Position numbers and translations under genes: made by a program | Notes under the pieces: generated by a model | Database searches by the model: none | Seen by the model: only the letters and a program-made list of their open reading frames with translations | Told to the model about the DNA's origin: nothing | Assembly (NCBI GenBank): GCA_041497895.1 | Contig: JBGQHJ010000002.1 | Location: 21,112 to 85,111 of the forward strand | DNA from: Candidatus Methylomirabilia bacterium | Lineage (GTDB): Bacteria > Methylomirabilota > Methylomirabilia > Rokubacteriales > CSP1-6 | Direction: 5' to 3' | DNA: 64,000 nucleotides | In this document: piece after piece, positions 46,796 to 56,790 of the stretch | Position numbering within the stretch: the stretch's first letter is position 1 | Layout of the letters: every line of letters starts with the position of its first letter

Positions 46796-47578
46796 GTGAC
46801 CGCGGCCCGCGCGGACTTCGACCTGGTCCAGACGGGCCGCGGGCCCGACCTGCTGCTGCTGCACTCCCTCCTGACCGACCGCACCGTGTTCGACTCGATC
46901 GTACCGCGCCTGGCGCGCGCGCGGCGGGTCACCGCGCTCAACCTGCCCGGGTTCGGGGCCTCGAGCCCGGCCGGCCCGCGCATCGCGGACTACGCCGACC
47001 GGGTGGCTGAGCTCTTCGCGGCGCTCCCCCTGGCCTCCGGCACGGACGTGGTCGGCATGTCCTTCGGCGGCTTCGTGGCCACCGCGCTGGCCGCGCGTCA
47101 CGGCGCCCGCATCCGCCGGCTCGCCCTCGTGGACACCGCGGCCGCCTTCCCCGAGGAGGCCAAGGCGCCGCTCCGCGGGATGGCCGAGCGCGCGCTCGCG
47201 ACCGGGATGGACGCGGTGGTCGATACCGCGGTGCGTCGCATGTTCACCGACGCGTTCATCGCGGCACGACCGGACGTGATCGAGCGGCAGGCCTCCGTCC
47301 TGCGCCGCGCCCGGCCCGAGGCCTTCGCGACCGCCTGCCGCGCGCTCGCCGACCTCGATCTCCGGCCCGCGCTCGCGGCCATCGCCAACCCCACGCTGGT
47401 CGTGGTCGGCACCCTCGACGTGACCACCCCGCCCGCGCTGGCCCGGGAGCTCGCGGCCGGGATCCGCGGCGCCACGCTGGTCGAGATCCCGGCGTGCGCA
47501 CACTGCCCGCCCATCGAGAAGCCGGCCGAGTTGCTGGCCGCGCTGGAGCCCTTTCTCGAGGCCCCCGTCCCACGATAG
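46796..47578 (+). CDS. Alpha/beta hydrolase (3-oxoadipate enol-lactonase-like)
   Basis: LHSL, GMSFGG nucleophile elbow, DVTTPP, AHCPPIE. Confidence 0.8.
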   Translation: MTAARADFDLVQTGRGPDLLLLHSLLTDRTVFDSIVPRLARARRVTALNLPGFGASSPAGPRIADYADRVAELFAALPLASGTDVVGMSFGGFVATALAARHGARIRRLALVDTAAAFPEEAKAPLRGMAERALATGMDAVVDTAVRRMFTDAFIAARPDVIERQASVLRRARPEAFATACRALADLDLRPALAAIANPTLVVVGTLDVTTPPALARELAAGIRGATLVEIPACAHCPPIEKPAELLAALEPFLEAPVPR

Positions 47579-47599
47579 AATGCGGCTGGCCGCCCGAGC

Positions 47600-48880
47600 A
47601 TGGACAAGTTCGAGTACTTCAGCGGCATCCCGGAGGTCGGCATCGTGCCGCGCGCCCCCCACGCGGGCCCGCTGCTCCGCCACGTGTGCGAGCAGGAGCA
47701 CGGCCGTGGCGGTTTCGCGGGCAAGGTCACCCACACCTACCATCTATACCCGCCGAACAACTGGCTCCCCGGCGAGACCCGCGTGCTGGACGGGTTCGCG
47801 CCGCTCTGGGAGTCGCCGCTGCGCCCCGTGGGGGGCGTCCATCATGCGCTCGGTATCGCGCGGTTCACCGAGGCACGTGACGTGTACGGTGGCATGACGC
47901 GTCTCGTGGCCAACGCCACCGTGACCATGAGCGTGACCGCGCCCGCCGCGCCGATGGACTACTTCTTCGAGCACCACTCGGCCACCCTGGTGTTCTTCGT
48001 CCACCAGGGGAGCGGCGTGCTCGAGACGCTCTTCGGTCCCATCGCCTACGGTCGCGGCGACTTCCTGGTGGTGCCCAAGGGCATCCCCCACCGCTTCGAG
48101 GCCGCGCCGGGGCCGCAGTACTACTGGGTCTACGAGAGCTTCGCGGGCGATCCCGAGAAGTCGGAGGCGGCCACCACCGGCCAGTTCATCACCCACAGCC
48201 GGAGCGACTACCGCTTCCCGCGCACGCTCGACACCCGGAACGAGGCCGGGCGCTTCGAGATCGTGTCGAAGGTGGGCTCGGTCTACACCCGGCGCGTGCA
48301 CCCGACCCATCCCTTCGACGTGGTGGGCTGGCGCGGGGAGTATCTCCCGTACCGCTTCGCGGTCGAGGACGTGCGCCCGCTCACCGCGGACCGCTCGCAC
48401 GTGCCGCCCTCGGGGCACACCGTCTTCCGCCTCCCCGGCTGCTACCTCTGCGTGTTCACGGTGCGATCGGTCGAGAAGGAAGGCATGTGGCTGCCGTTCT
48501 TCCACAAGAACCTCGACTACTGCGAGACCATCGGCTACCACTGGGGCGACTTCTTCAGCCGGGGCGGGGTGATCCGCGAGGGGATGGTGACGGTGCACCC
48601 GGTCGGGCTGCCGCACGGCCCGCAGCCGTCCGCGCTGAAGGCGTTCATGGACGGGCACCGGCCCCCGATCCACAACGAGGTCGGGATCATGGCCGACTTC
48701 GCGAACCCGGCCCAGATCTCCGATCACGCGCTCGGCCTCTCCGAGCCCGGCTACATGGCGAGCTGGGACGGCTACACCACCGACCCGCGCTTCATCCACC
48801 GCCCGGACCGGCTCGCCGAGGTGCGGGCCGCGGCGGATCGCCTGGCCGACGCGCGCGACGAGCTGAGGCCGCGGCCGTGA
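47600..48880 (+). CDS. Homogentisate 1,2-dioxygenase-like protein (divergent)
   Basis: GFAG...HTYHLYPP, HPFDVVGW.G, PFFHKNLDYCE, GDFFSR, TVHPVGLPHGPQP (His/Glu/His iron ligands). Confidence 0.8.
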   Translation: MDKFEYFSGIPEVGIVPRAPHAGPLLRHVCEQEHGRGGFAGKVTHTYHLYPPNNWLPGETRVLDGFAPLWESPLRPVGGVHHALGIARFTEARDVYGGMTRLVANATVTMSVTAPAAPMDYFFEHHSATLVFFVHQGSGVLETLFGPIAYGRGDFLVVPKGIPHRFEAAPGPQYYWVYESFAGDPEKSEAATTGQFITHSRSDYRFPRTLDTRNEAGRFEIVSKVGSVYTRRVHPTHPFDVVGWRGEYLPYRFAVEDVRPLTADRSHVPPSGHTVFRLPGCYLCVFTVRSVEKEGMWLPFFHKNLDYCETIGYHWGDFFSRGGVIREGMVTVHPVGLPHGPQPSALKAFMDGHRPPIHNEVGIMADFANPAQISDHALGLSEPGYMASWDGYTTDPRFIHRPDRLAEVRAAADRLADARDELRPRP

Positions 48881-49926
48881 ACCCGGGCCTTGCCACCCGC
48901 GACGCCCAGCTCCCCGCCGCCTACTCGGTGCGCCTCGACGCGCTCGCGGTGGCGCCGCTCTGGACGGTGCTCCACTCGCTCCTGCCGCACGAGCGGACCA
49001 CCCGCGTGCTCCCGCATCACTGGCGGTGGCGCGAGCTGCGCGAGCCCCTGCTCGAGGCGGCGCGGCTCGTGCCGATCGAGCAGGCCGAGCGCCGGGTGCT
49101 GATGCTGTGCAACCCCGGCCTCCCCGGCAACGCCTCCGCCACCGCGACGCTCTACGCGGGCTTCCAGATCATCCTGCCGGGCGAGGCGGCCCCGAGCCAT
49201 CACCACACCGCGGCCGCGCTGCGGTTGATCGTGGAGGGCGAGGGCGCCTACACCACGGTGGACGGAGTGAAGTGCGTGATGGAGCGGGGCGACCTGATCA
49301 TCACCCCGCCGATGCGCTGGCACGACCACGGCCACGAGGGACGCGACCCGGTGATCTGGCTCGACGGCCTCGACATCCCGCTCGTGCGCAGCGTGGAGGC
49401 GAACTGGGCCTCGGCCATGAAGCCGGCCTCGACGCCCGCGAGCGATGTCGACTCCTCGCAGGACGAGTTCACCGCCGCGGGCCTGGTGCCGCGGCAGTCG
49501 CGCTACGAGGAGACCGGCTACCCGCAGGTGCGCTGGCCGTGGCGCTCGGTGCGCGCGGCCCTCGCCGCGCTCGCCGCGACCGCGCCCCGGCGCACCCCGG
49601 TGGTGCTGCGGCACGTGAACCCGCGCACCGGCGAGTACCCGCTCCGGACGATGGGCTCCGAGGCACGCTGGCTGCGCCCCGGCGAGGACGTGCCCGCGGA
49701 GCGCCGCACCGGGAGCGAGGTCGTCTACGTGGTCGAGGGGCAGGGCGAGAGCCGGATCGGCGATCGGGTGATCGCGTGGGAGCCGGGCGACGTGCTCGCG
49801 GTGCCGCCGTGGCACCGGGTCGAGCATCGTAACCGATCCGGCGCCGCCCCGGCCTGTCTCTTCCACCTCAACGACGAGCCCGCGCTGCGCGCCCTCGGGC
49901 TCTGGCACGAGGAAGCCGACGCCTAG
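48877..49926 (+). CDS. Gentisate 1,2-dioxygenase-like bicupin
   Basis: AERRVLMLCNPGL, LYAGFQIILPGE.APSHHHT, WHDHGH, WLDGLDIP; GTGA overlap. Confidence 0.85.
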   Translation: MNPGLATRDAQLPAAYSVRLDALAVAPLWTVLHSLLPHERTTRVLPHHWRWRELREPLLEAARLVPIEQAERRVLMLCNPGLPGNASATATLYAGFQIILPGEAAPSHHHTAAALRLIVEGEGAYTTVDGVKCVMERGDLIITPPMRWHDHGHEGRDPVIWLDGLDIPLVRSVEANWASAMKPASTPASDVDSSQDEFTAAGLVPRQSRYEETGYPQVRWPWRSVRAALAALAATAPRRTPVVLRHVNPRTGEYPLRTMGSEARWLRPGEDVPAERRTGSEVVYVVEGQGESRIGDRVIAWEPGDVLAVPPWHRVEHRNRSGAAPACLFHLNDEPALRALGLWHEEADA

Positions 49927-49948
49927 CGTCGTCGCTCCGGAGAGCCGC

Positions 49949-50671
49949 ATGGAATCCCGCTACGAGGCGCTGATGGACGTGGTCCGCGGCCGCATGACCA
50001 ACCGGGCGTTCGCCCCGGCCGAGATCCCGCGCGCCCACGTGGAGATGATCCTGGAGGCGGCCCGACACGCACCCTCCGGGGCCAACGCTCAGCCCTGGCA
50101 CTACGTCGTGGTCACCGACCCGGTGGTGAAGCGGGCCATCGGCCAGTGCTTCGTCGACGAGCAGCAGCGCCGTGCCCGGCTCCGCATGGGATTTCCCACC
50201 CCGAACTACCACGGGGTCAAGACCGCGCCGGGCCTCGTGGTCGTGGTCGCCGACTTCCGCTTCGTCCGGGCGTTCCCGGTGCTCAACGACGGCTCCGAGA
50301 CCGACCGGCGCTACCGCCAGAACGCGGAGCGCATCCTGCTCCAGTCGGTCGCCGCCTCCACCATGTCCGCGCACCTGGCCGCGGCCGCGCTGGGCTACGC
50401 GGTATGGTGGATCACCGCGATCGGCCAGGACGATCTCCAGCGGACGATCCGGCCCCTGGTGGGCGTCCCGGACTTCCTGTCCATCATCGACGTGATGTGC
50501 TTCGGGCCGCCGCTCAAGCCCTCCTACAAGCGGTGGAAGAAACGCCTCGACCAGATCGTGAGCTGGGATCGCATGGACCCCGACGACGTGATGACCGACG
50601 AGCAGGTCGACGAGTGGGTGAGGACCACCCGCCACAAGGTCATGTACCGGGACGAAGCGAGGGTAGACTGA
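49949..50671 (+). CDS. Nitroreductase family protein
   Basis: RMTNRAF, ARHAPSGANAQPWHYVVV. Confidence 0.85.
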   Translation: MESRYEALMDVVRGRMTNRAFAPAEIPRAHVEMILEAARHAPSGANAQPWHYVVVTDPVVKRAIGQCFVDEQQRRARLRMGFPTPNYHGVKTAPGLVVVVADFRFVRAFPVLNDGSETDRRYRQNAERILLQSVAASTMSAHLAAAALGYAVWWITAIGQDDLQRTIRPLVGVPDFLSIIDVMCFGPPLKPSYKRWKKRLDQIVSWDRMDPDDVMTDEQVDEWVRTTRHKVMYRDEARVD

Positions 50672-51612
50672 TGGCATCGCTCCGCGAGGTGGATCGCGTC
50701 TCGGTCACCACCGTGGTGGACAATTACATCGACGTCCTCCGCCAGGACGAGAAGGTCGCCCGCCGCTTCAGCGCGTTCGTGGCCCGCCAGATGCCCGACC
50801 TCCACGCCGCGCACGGGCTCGCCCACTACGTCGAGATCGTGCGCGGGAGCGAGACGGTGCGGGTCGCCTTCGACTTCGGGCCGTCCGAGGTCGCCATCAC
50901 CCACAACTTCCGGGTGCTCGGTCTCGCCCCGGGTTCCATCGATGCGCTCGCCCTGAGCCACGGGCACTGGGACCACTGGGGCGGGCTCGCCGGCCTCCTC
51001 CGGACCTACCGGCGCACCATGAAGAAGCACCTCACCTTCTACGCGGGCGAGGACCATTTCCTCCCCCGCTTCAACCAACGCGGGGCTGACCGGGTCAGCA
51101 TGGGCCGCCTGCACCGCGACGAGATCGAGCGCTACGACATCGGAATCGAGTCCGTGCGCGCCCCGCTCCTGATCGCCGACGGGGTGCTGCTGAGCGGCGA
51201 GATGCACGAGCAGGAGCCCTTCGAGCCCATCCCCGACAACCTGAAGGTGGAGCGCGACGGCGCGATCGTGCCCGACACGTTCCTCGGCGAGCAGACCCTC
51301 ATCGCCAATCTGAAGGGCCGCGGCCTCGTGGTCGTGACGTCGTGCTCGCATCGGGGCATCGTGGGCATCTGCCGCCACGCCGCCCGCATCACCGGGGTGC
51401 CCAAGGTCCACGCGGTCGTCGGCGGCTTCCACCTGAGCGGGCTCAAGGAGGAGCGGGTGACCCGAGTGGTGGACGCCTTCCGTGACCTCGAGGTGGACTG
51501 GATCGTGCCGCAGCACTGCACCGGGCTCGAGGCGATGGCCTCCATGATGCACCGACTCCCGCAGGAGATGGTGCCGAGCTCGGTCGGCTCGGTCTTCACC
51601 TTCGGGACCTGA
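50671..51612 (+). CDS. MBL-fold metallo-hydrolase
   Basis: HGLA, LSHGHWDHWGG, SCSHRG, GGFHL, PQHCTG. Confidence 0.85.
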   Translation: MASLREVDRVSVTTVVDNYIDVLRQDEKVARRFSAFVARQMPDLHAAHGLAHYVEIVRGSETVRVAFDFGPSEVAITHNFRVLGLAPGSIDALALSHGHWDHWGGLAGLLRTYRRTMKKHLTFYAGEDHFLPRFNQRGADRVSMGRLHRDEIERYDIGIESVRAPLLIADGVLLSGEMHEQEPFEPIPDNLKVERDGAIVPDTFLGEQTLIANLKGRGLVVVTSCSHRGIVGICRHAARITGVPKVHAVVGGFHLSGLKEERVTRVVDAFRDLEVDWIVPQHCTGLEAMASMMHRLPQEMVPSSVGSVFTFGT

Positions 51613-51627
51613 CGCGAGTCCGCGATC

Positions 51628-51652
51628 GGTGTCGACGGGTCCCGTCGGCGCC
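51628..51652. terminator. Hairpin between convergent genes (possible terminator)
   Basis: GGTGTCGACGGG-T-CCCGTCGGCGCC; no U-tract. Confidence 0.3.
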
Positions 51653-51668
51653 CCCGGGCGGGTCGGGG

Positions 51669-53549
51669 CTAGTCGACGACGACCGGTGCTTCCGCGCTCG
51701 CCCCGAGCCGGCCCAACGAGTCCCCGCCCGCTCCGCCGATCTCCCACTTCAGCACGTACGTTCCCGGCCGGTCCGGGGCCCGGACCGCGGCGCTGACGAG
51801 AACCCGCTCCCCCGGCCCCACGTCACAGGGGATGGACGTTCGTATCGCGGCGAATGGAAGGGGGTGGCCGAGCGCGTCGTGCCACTCGTACGTGACGAAC
51901 GGCGCGTCCGGCGTGCCGGCGTGCCAGGGGAGCGGTGAGCGATTGCGGAAGGTGAGGCTGTAGCCCGCGGTCACCGCGCGGCGCATCGAAGGCGGGTGGT
52001 GGACGTCGATCCACTCCGCAGCTTCCCCCTCCGGGGACGACCCGCCCGGGGGATCGCGCTGATAGATCACGTAGTCGGTGTCGGCACGAAACGGGAGACG
52101 GGCCTTCGGCCTGTAGTGCAGCGCGAACGCGCACTCCCGGAAGATCGCCCGGGCCACCGGCCACGTGCCGGTGCCGTTCTCGATGGAGAAGACGTAGGCG
52201 GGGCGGTCGCGGATCGCCCAGGTGAGATCGCCGTCCTGGAGGTGCCGTCGGGCGTCCGGATCGGTGAGACCGAGAAGGTCGACGGTTCTCAATCCGGTCC
52301 GGTACGCGAGCATGCCGACTTCGAAGGCCACGACCGTGTCGCCCGGGGCGGCGTGCTCTCGTAGCCATCCGGCGGCCATCGCGAGAGTCCGTTCTCGAGC
52401 TCGGGGTCCTTCCCCGGACCGGAGTGTCCCGGCGACCATTCCGCCGAGCATGAGCGCCGCGATCGTCCACACCGCCAGCCGGCCCACCGGCCCTCCACGC
52501 GGGTGGACCGCGTTCGCGCCCAGCCTGACGAGGGCGTGAAGAGCCATCCACAGGAACAGGGCGAGAACGATCGCGGGCGGACCGTAGTACCAGCCGAACT
52601 CGGGAAGTCGAAGCCACTCGTAACCGGCCAGGTAGAGCGCCAGCCACAAGGTGAGCGCCGCGATCGGCAACCGCGGTCTCACGAGAGCCAGACAGATCAG
52701 GGGTGTCGACAGCAGGAGGATGGAGAGAGCCGTCGCGCGTCTCGGATGATCCCAGAATATGGGGTCCGGGACGAGCAGGGTGGTCGGCAGCGCCTGATGA
52801 ATCAGGGCGAGAGAGAGCACGCTGAATCGACCGGATATCCCGGCCGCGTGGTGCATCTTGGCGAGCCCGCTGGTGGGCACCGGACTTCCGAAGAGCAGCG
52901 CGGCCGTCACCAGCCACGAGAGCATGAGCACCGTTCCCGGCAGGAACGTGCGCCACGACCATGCTCGACGTACCGCGACCAGGAAGCCGACCGCGACGAG
53001 GACCGCGAGGCCGTCGAGGCGCGTGATGGTGGCGAGGGCGGCCAGGGCGAGGCCGAGTGCCTCCCGGCCGCGCAGGGTCGTCCAGATGGCGCCGAGGATG
53101 AGGGCCAGGTAGAGCGACGTCTCCATGCCCTCCCACTTCCAGTAGAGCTGGGCGACGCTCGCGAGGAGAGCCGCGACGAGACCGGCGGAGAGAAAGCCGA
53201 CCTCCCACGCGATGGCAACGAGGAGGCTCAGAGCGATCGAGGTGGCCAGGATTCCCACCGAGATGCTGAAGAGGGGGATGTCCATGCCGAGGCGGCCACC
53301 GAGCGCGAGAAGCCCGGCGTAGAGTGGGGTCGAGGTGCCGAGGCTGGGTCGGTCCCCGGCATTGAAGACGAACCCACGGCCGTGCGCGAGGTTGGTGGCG
53401 TACTGGTAGGTGATGTAGGCGTCGTCGAGGCCTCTTCGCGTCCGGTCCGCGTGAGAAGCCAGCAGGGCCAACGAGCCGGCAAAGACCAGGACGATTGCCA
53501 CCCGAAGGGTGGTGACGCGAGTCGTATCCGGAGACGGTTCGAGGGCCAT
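51669..53549 (-). CDS. GT-C-like multi-pass membrane glycosyltransferase with C-terminal Ig-like domain
   Basis: LDDAYITYQYA.NLA.G.G.VFN, GTSTPLY, GMET, TRLDG, DLLGLTD; C-terminal ...VRAPDRPGTYVLKW. Confidence 0.7.
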   Translation of the reverse strand: MALEPSPDTTRVTTLRVAIVLVFAGSLALLASHADRTRRGLDDAYITYQYATNLAHGRGFVFNAGDRPSLGTSTPLYAGLLALGGRLGMDIPLFSISVGILATSIALSLLVAIAWEVGFLSAGLVAALLASVAQLYWKWEGMETSLYLALILGAIWTTLRGREALGLALAALATITRLDGLAVLVAVGFLVAVRRAWSWRTFLPGTVLMLSWLVTAALLFGSPVPTSGLAKMHHAAGISGRFSVLSLALIHQALPTTLLVPDPIFWDHPRRATALSILLLSTPLICLALVRPRLPIAALTLWLALYLAGYEWLRLPEFGWYYGPPAIVLALFLWMALHALVRLGANAVHPRGGPVGRLAVWTIAALMLGGMVAGTLRSGEGPRARERTLAMAAGWLREHAAPGDTVVAFEVGMLAYRTGLRTVDLLGLTDPDARRHLQDGDLTWAIRDRPAYVFSIENGTGTWPVARAIFRECAFALHYRPKARLPFRADTDYVIYQRDPPGGSSPEGEAAEWIDVHHPPSMRRAVTAGYSLTFRNRSPLPWHAGTPDAPFVTYEWHDALGHPLPFAAIRTSIPCDVGPGERVLVSAAVRAPDRPGTYVLKWEIGGAGGDSLGRLGASAEAPVVVD

Positions 53550-53595
53550 ATCGGGATCTCCCTCCTCCGCCCCGAGGCCGGCCCCGCGAGGCGTT

Positions 53596-54537
53596 TTACG
53601 CGAGATCGCGCGCGGCGGGTAGCCCGGCCACCGCCGTCGCCGCGCGCACGCCGCGCACGATCGCGCGGGCCACCAGGTCGGCGAGCGCGCGGCCGAGCGC
53701 CTCCACCGGGGCGCGCGCGCTGCCCACCGAGAGGCAGAAGAGCGTGTCGCCGTCGGTGGCGAGGTGCGGCGGCGACAGCGCGCGGGTGAAGCCCTCCATG
53801 GCCAGGCGGGCGACCCGCGCCGCGTCCGCCTTGTCGAGCGCGGCGGTGGTGGCCACGAGGCCGATGGTGGTGTTGACCGGCCGGAACGCGGGCGCGGGCG
53901 CGCCGGCGGCGAGGGCCGCCGCGGTGTCGATCAGTCGCCGGCCGTCGGCCGCGTCGCGCGCGCCTGCGATGAGCCGCCCGGTCTCGGGATCACGCACGTC
54001 GCCGACCGCGTTCACCGCCATGATCGCGCCCAGGTGCACGCCGTCGTGCTCCGCCACCGCGCAGCCGAGGCCGCCCTTCATGGCACGCGCCACGCCGCCC
54101 AGCTTGCCCACGGTCGCGCCGGTGCCCGCGCCCACGTTGCCTTCCTCCACCGCTCCGGGCTGCGCGGTGGTGGCGGCGCGATAGCCCATGGCGCGATCGG
54201 GGCGCGCCCGGGAATCGCCCACGCCCAGGTCGTAGAGGATGGCGCCGGCCACGTGCGGCACCACCGTCTGGCTCGTGCGGAAGCCGACCCCGCGCTCTTC
54301 CAGGTATTGCATGACACCCCAGATCGCTTCGAGGCCGAAGGCGCTCCCGCCGGCCAGGACCACGCCGTCGAGGGTGGGCACGAGGTGGCGCGGGTCGAGG
54401 AACTCGAGCCCGTGCACCCCGGCCGCCCAGCCGCGGATCTCCACCCCGCCGACCGCGGGCGCGTCGCTCAGGATCACGGTGCAGCCGGTGAGCCGCGCCG
54501 TGTCCGTCACGTGGCCGACCCGCAGCCCGGGAATCAC
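53596..54537 (-). CDS. Peptidase family S58 (DmpA/P1)
   Basis: GLRVGH.TD, TGCTV, GGSAFGL, GNVGAGTGA, NAVGDV, NTTIG, DGDTLF. Confidence 0.88.
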   Translation of the reverse strand: MIPGLRVGHVTDTARLTGCTVILSDAPAVGGVEIRGWAAGVHGLEFLDPRHLVPTLDGVVLAGGSAFGLEAIWGVMQYLEERGVGFRTSQTVVPHVAGAILYDLGVGDSRARPDRAMGYRAATTAQPGAVEEGNVGAGTGATVGKLGGVARAMKGGLGCAVAEHDGVHLGAIMAVNAVGDVRDPETGRLIAGARDAADGRRLIDTAAALAAGAPAPAFRPVNTTIGLVATTAALDKADAARVARLAMEGFTRALSPPHLATDGDTLFCLSVGSARAPVEALGRALADLVARAIVRGVRAATAVAGLPAARDLA

Positions 54538-55757
54538 GAGCGCGCGCGGCGCGCGGGGGCGCGGGTGACCTCGGCGAGACGGGCGCGCCCGACGGCGACC
54601 TCCGCGGCCATCTCGAGCCCGCGCGCGGCCAGCGCGCGCACGAACGGGATGGCAGCGGCCGCGCGATCGGCGTCGGCGAGCGCGGCCGCGGTCTGCCGCG
54701 CGAGGATGGCCGTCTCGTCGCGCCCGGTCATGGCGAAGATGTCGGTCATCTCGCGCAGCCGGCCCGCCCAGCGCAGGCGGGCGGCGGCCGGGAAGTGCGC
54801 CTCGATCACCCCGTCGAGGATGGCCGCCTCTCGCTCCGCTTTGATCTGATCCGACACCACGAGCCGGCTCTCCCGCGCCTGCAGGAGGGCGAGCGCCTCG
54901 GTCGCCACCCGCGCCGGATCGAGGAACCACCCCCCCAGCTCCGGCATCTCGAGCAGAGAGGCCGACTGCTCGAGCACGGCAGCATCCACCGCAGACACAA
55001 ACGACTGACCGCCGGACGGTTGTCCGCCGCTGGGGGAGTGCGGGGGCCATTTCCGGGCCCCCGCAGATGAAGGGTCTGAAAAGCTTGAAACGGTTGAGAG
55101 GCTTGAAACGGTCGAACTGGAGAAGGCTTTCCGCCAGCGCGCGAACTCGGGCGGCGGCACCGTGCCGAGCCGCTCGTGCAGCGCCAGGGCCTGGGCGACG
55201 AGCGCGCAGGCACGCCCGCCGTCGACCTCCACCCACGGAAGCTTCTGGCTCTCGCGGAGCCCGCGCAGCTCGGCCTCGAGTCGCTTGCGAGCGATGGGCC
55301 CCCCCGCCGCGTCCATGATGCCGGCCTCGTCGTTGAGGATGAGCGAGCAGAGCCGGAGCCCCCCGCCGAGCCCACCCTCGAAGAGGATCCACGCCGCGCG
55401 CGAGCCGCTGCCGTCGATGCCGGACAGCCAGGCGCGCACCGGGTGCTCGGCCTCGCGCGCGACCACCGGGCGGACGGGGGACGCGGCGGCCGCGCGGGCC
55501 GGCCGCTGGCCCGACTGCTCGAGCCGGTAGAGCGCGCGCCGCGCCGCGCGCCGCTCCTCCTTGCCGGGCCCCGAGCCGGCCAGCCGCTCGAGCAATGGCA
55601 CCGCGGCGGCGCCGTGCCGCCGGGTCAGGGCGCGCAGCGCCTCGTCGAGATCGACCGCGCGGGCCGGCGGCAGCGCGGGCAGCGTGGCGGCGCCGATGGC
55701 GGCTTCGAGAACGGCCAGGCAGGCGGCCGCCGCGTCGGAGGGAGCGGACGCGGTCAT
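54534..55757 (-). CDS. Conserved-looking hypothetical protein carrying an in-frame repeat insertion
   Basis: Coding-like GC3 on both sides of an atypical ~100-nt insert; ATGA/GTGA overlaps with neighbours. Confidence 0.7.
   Translation of the reverse strand: MTASAPSDAAAACLAVLEAAIGAATLPALPPARAVDLDEALRALTRRHGAAAVPLLERLAGSGPGKEERRAARRALYRLEQSGQRPARAAAASPVRPVVAREAEHPVRAWLSGIDGSGSRAAWILFEGGLGGGLRLCSLILNDEAGIMDAAGGPIARKRLEAELRGLRESQKLPWVEVDGGRACALVAQALALHERLGTVPPPEFARWRKAFSSSTVSSLSTVSSFSDPSSAGARKWPPHSPSGGQPSGGQSFVSAVDAAVLEQSASLLEMPELGGWFLDPARVATEALALLQARESRLVVSDQIKAEREAAILDGVIEAHFPAAARLRWAGRLREMTDIFAMTGRDETAILARQTAAALADADRAAAAIPFVRALAARGLEMAAEVAVGRARLAEVTRAPARRARS
55016..55117. repeat. REP-like element (family B), in frame inside a CDS
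   Basis: GCTGGGGGAGTGCGGGGGCCATTTCCGGGCCCCCGCAGATGAAG, near-identical to 56805-56848; followed by GCTTGAAACGGT x2. Confidence 0.75.
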
Positions 55758-56305
55758 TCGGCGAGCAGCGCGCGGAAGAGCGGATCGGCGGGCCACGAGG
55801 CGGCGGGCACCGCGTCCGCGCGGAAGTAGACCTTCCGGGTGTAGGTGAGCGCGCCGGCGAACATCTCGAAGCGCTCGGCGAGACGGCGGTAGAGGGAGGC
55901 GTCGACCTCGGCCCGCGCGCGCGCCAGCTCGGCCACGAAGCGGTAGGCGCGACGGCCCTCGTGCTCGTAGTAGCCGGTGACCGCGAGGCGGTCCACGTAG
56001 TCCCGGAAGATCCCGGTCATGAAGAGGGTGTAGTCGCCGATCTGGCGCCGGAGCGCCCGCTCGGTGCCCGGATTGAAGCCGGGCGCCTGCCAGTCCCACA
56101 CGTGCTGGATCTCGAGCAGGGAGTCGGTGACCGAGTCGAGGCGCGGGCCGGGCAGCTCGCGGAGCGTGCGCAGGGTCTCGGTGCGGACGAAGCGGATCAG
56201 GAGCTCGGTGAGGTAGCGCAGGGCGGGCGCGTCGTCGATCGCCAGATCACCGAAGGCCTGCCGGGTCACGCTCTCGAAGAAGCGCGGGAGCAGTCCCGTC
56301 TGCAC
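55754..56305 (-). CDS. Hypothetical protein
   Basis: 183 aa, RQIGDYTLFMTGIF...YYEHEGRRAY; TAGAGT-N6-GTG start; typical codon bias. Confidence 0.75.
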   Translation of the reverse strand: MQTGLLPRFFESVTRQAFGDLAIDDAPALRYLTELLIRFVRTETLRTLRELPGPRLDSVTDSLLEIQHVWDWQAPGFNPGTERALRRQIGDYTLFMTGIFRDYVDRLAVTGYYEHEGRRAYRFVAELARARAEVDASLYRRLAERFEMFAGALTYTRKVYFRADAVPAASWPADPLFRALLAE

Positions 56306-56448
56306 GGCCTCACTCTATCAGATCGGTCGGCTCAGGGGCGGTCCCGCCGGTCCCCGGAGATCGTCGATCTCCTCGAGGTTGGGGGCGGTCGGGCGATCAT
56401 AGCGCAAACCTTTGGCCAGGCCGCGCCCCGGGTGGTAGGCTTCCCGGC

Positions 56449-56778
56449 ATGAAGCCGGATGGCGTGGCCCTTCCCGCGATCGGATCGATGGCATCCCGGC
56501 TCGCCCGCCGGATCCGCCCGCGCCGGCCGTGGACCCTGATCGCCTCGTGCCTGCTGCTGGTGGTGCTGACCGTGACCCTGTGGGGGAAGTGGGTGGAGAG
56601 CCGGGAGCGCGCCGATCGCCTCTCCGCCGAGCTGAAGAAGGTCTACGTGGAGGCCGAGAAGCTCCGGACCGAGGGCACCGCCGCCAGGCAACGTATCACC
56701 CAGCTCGAGCGCCAGCTCCGCGGCCGCGGCGCCCGCGCCATCGCCCCGTCACCAACCGGCCCCCCAGACCGCCGCTAG
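56449..56778 (+). CDS. Hypothetical single-TM coiled-coil protein
   Basis: One TM (WTLIASCLLLVVLTVTLW) then heptad-like segment. Confidence 0.6.
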   Translation: MKPDGVALPAIGSMASRLARRIRPRRPWTLIASCLLLVVLTVTLWGKWVESRERADRLSAELKKVYVEAEKLRTEGTAARQRITQLERQLRGRGARAIAPSPTGPPDRR

Positions 56779-56790
56779 CGAAAGCAGTAC

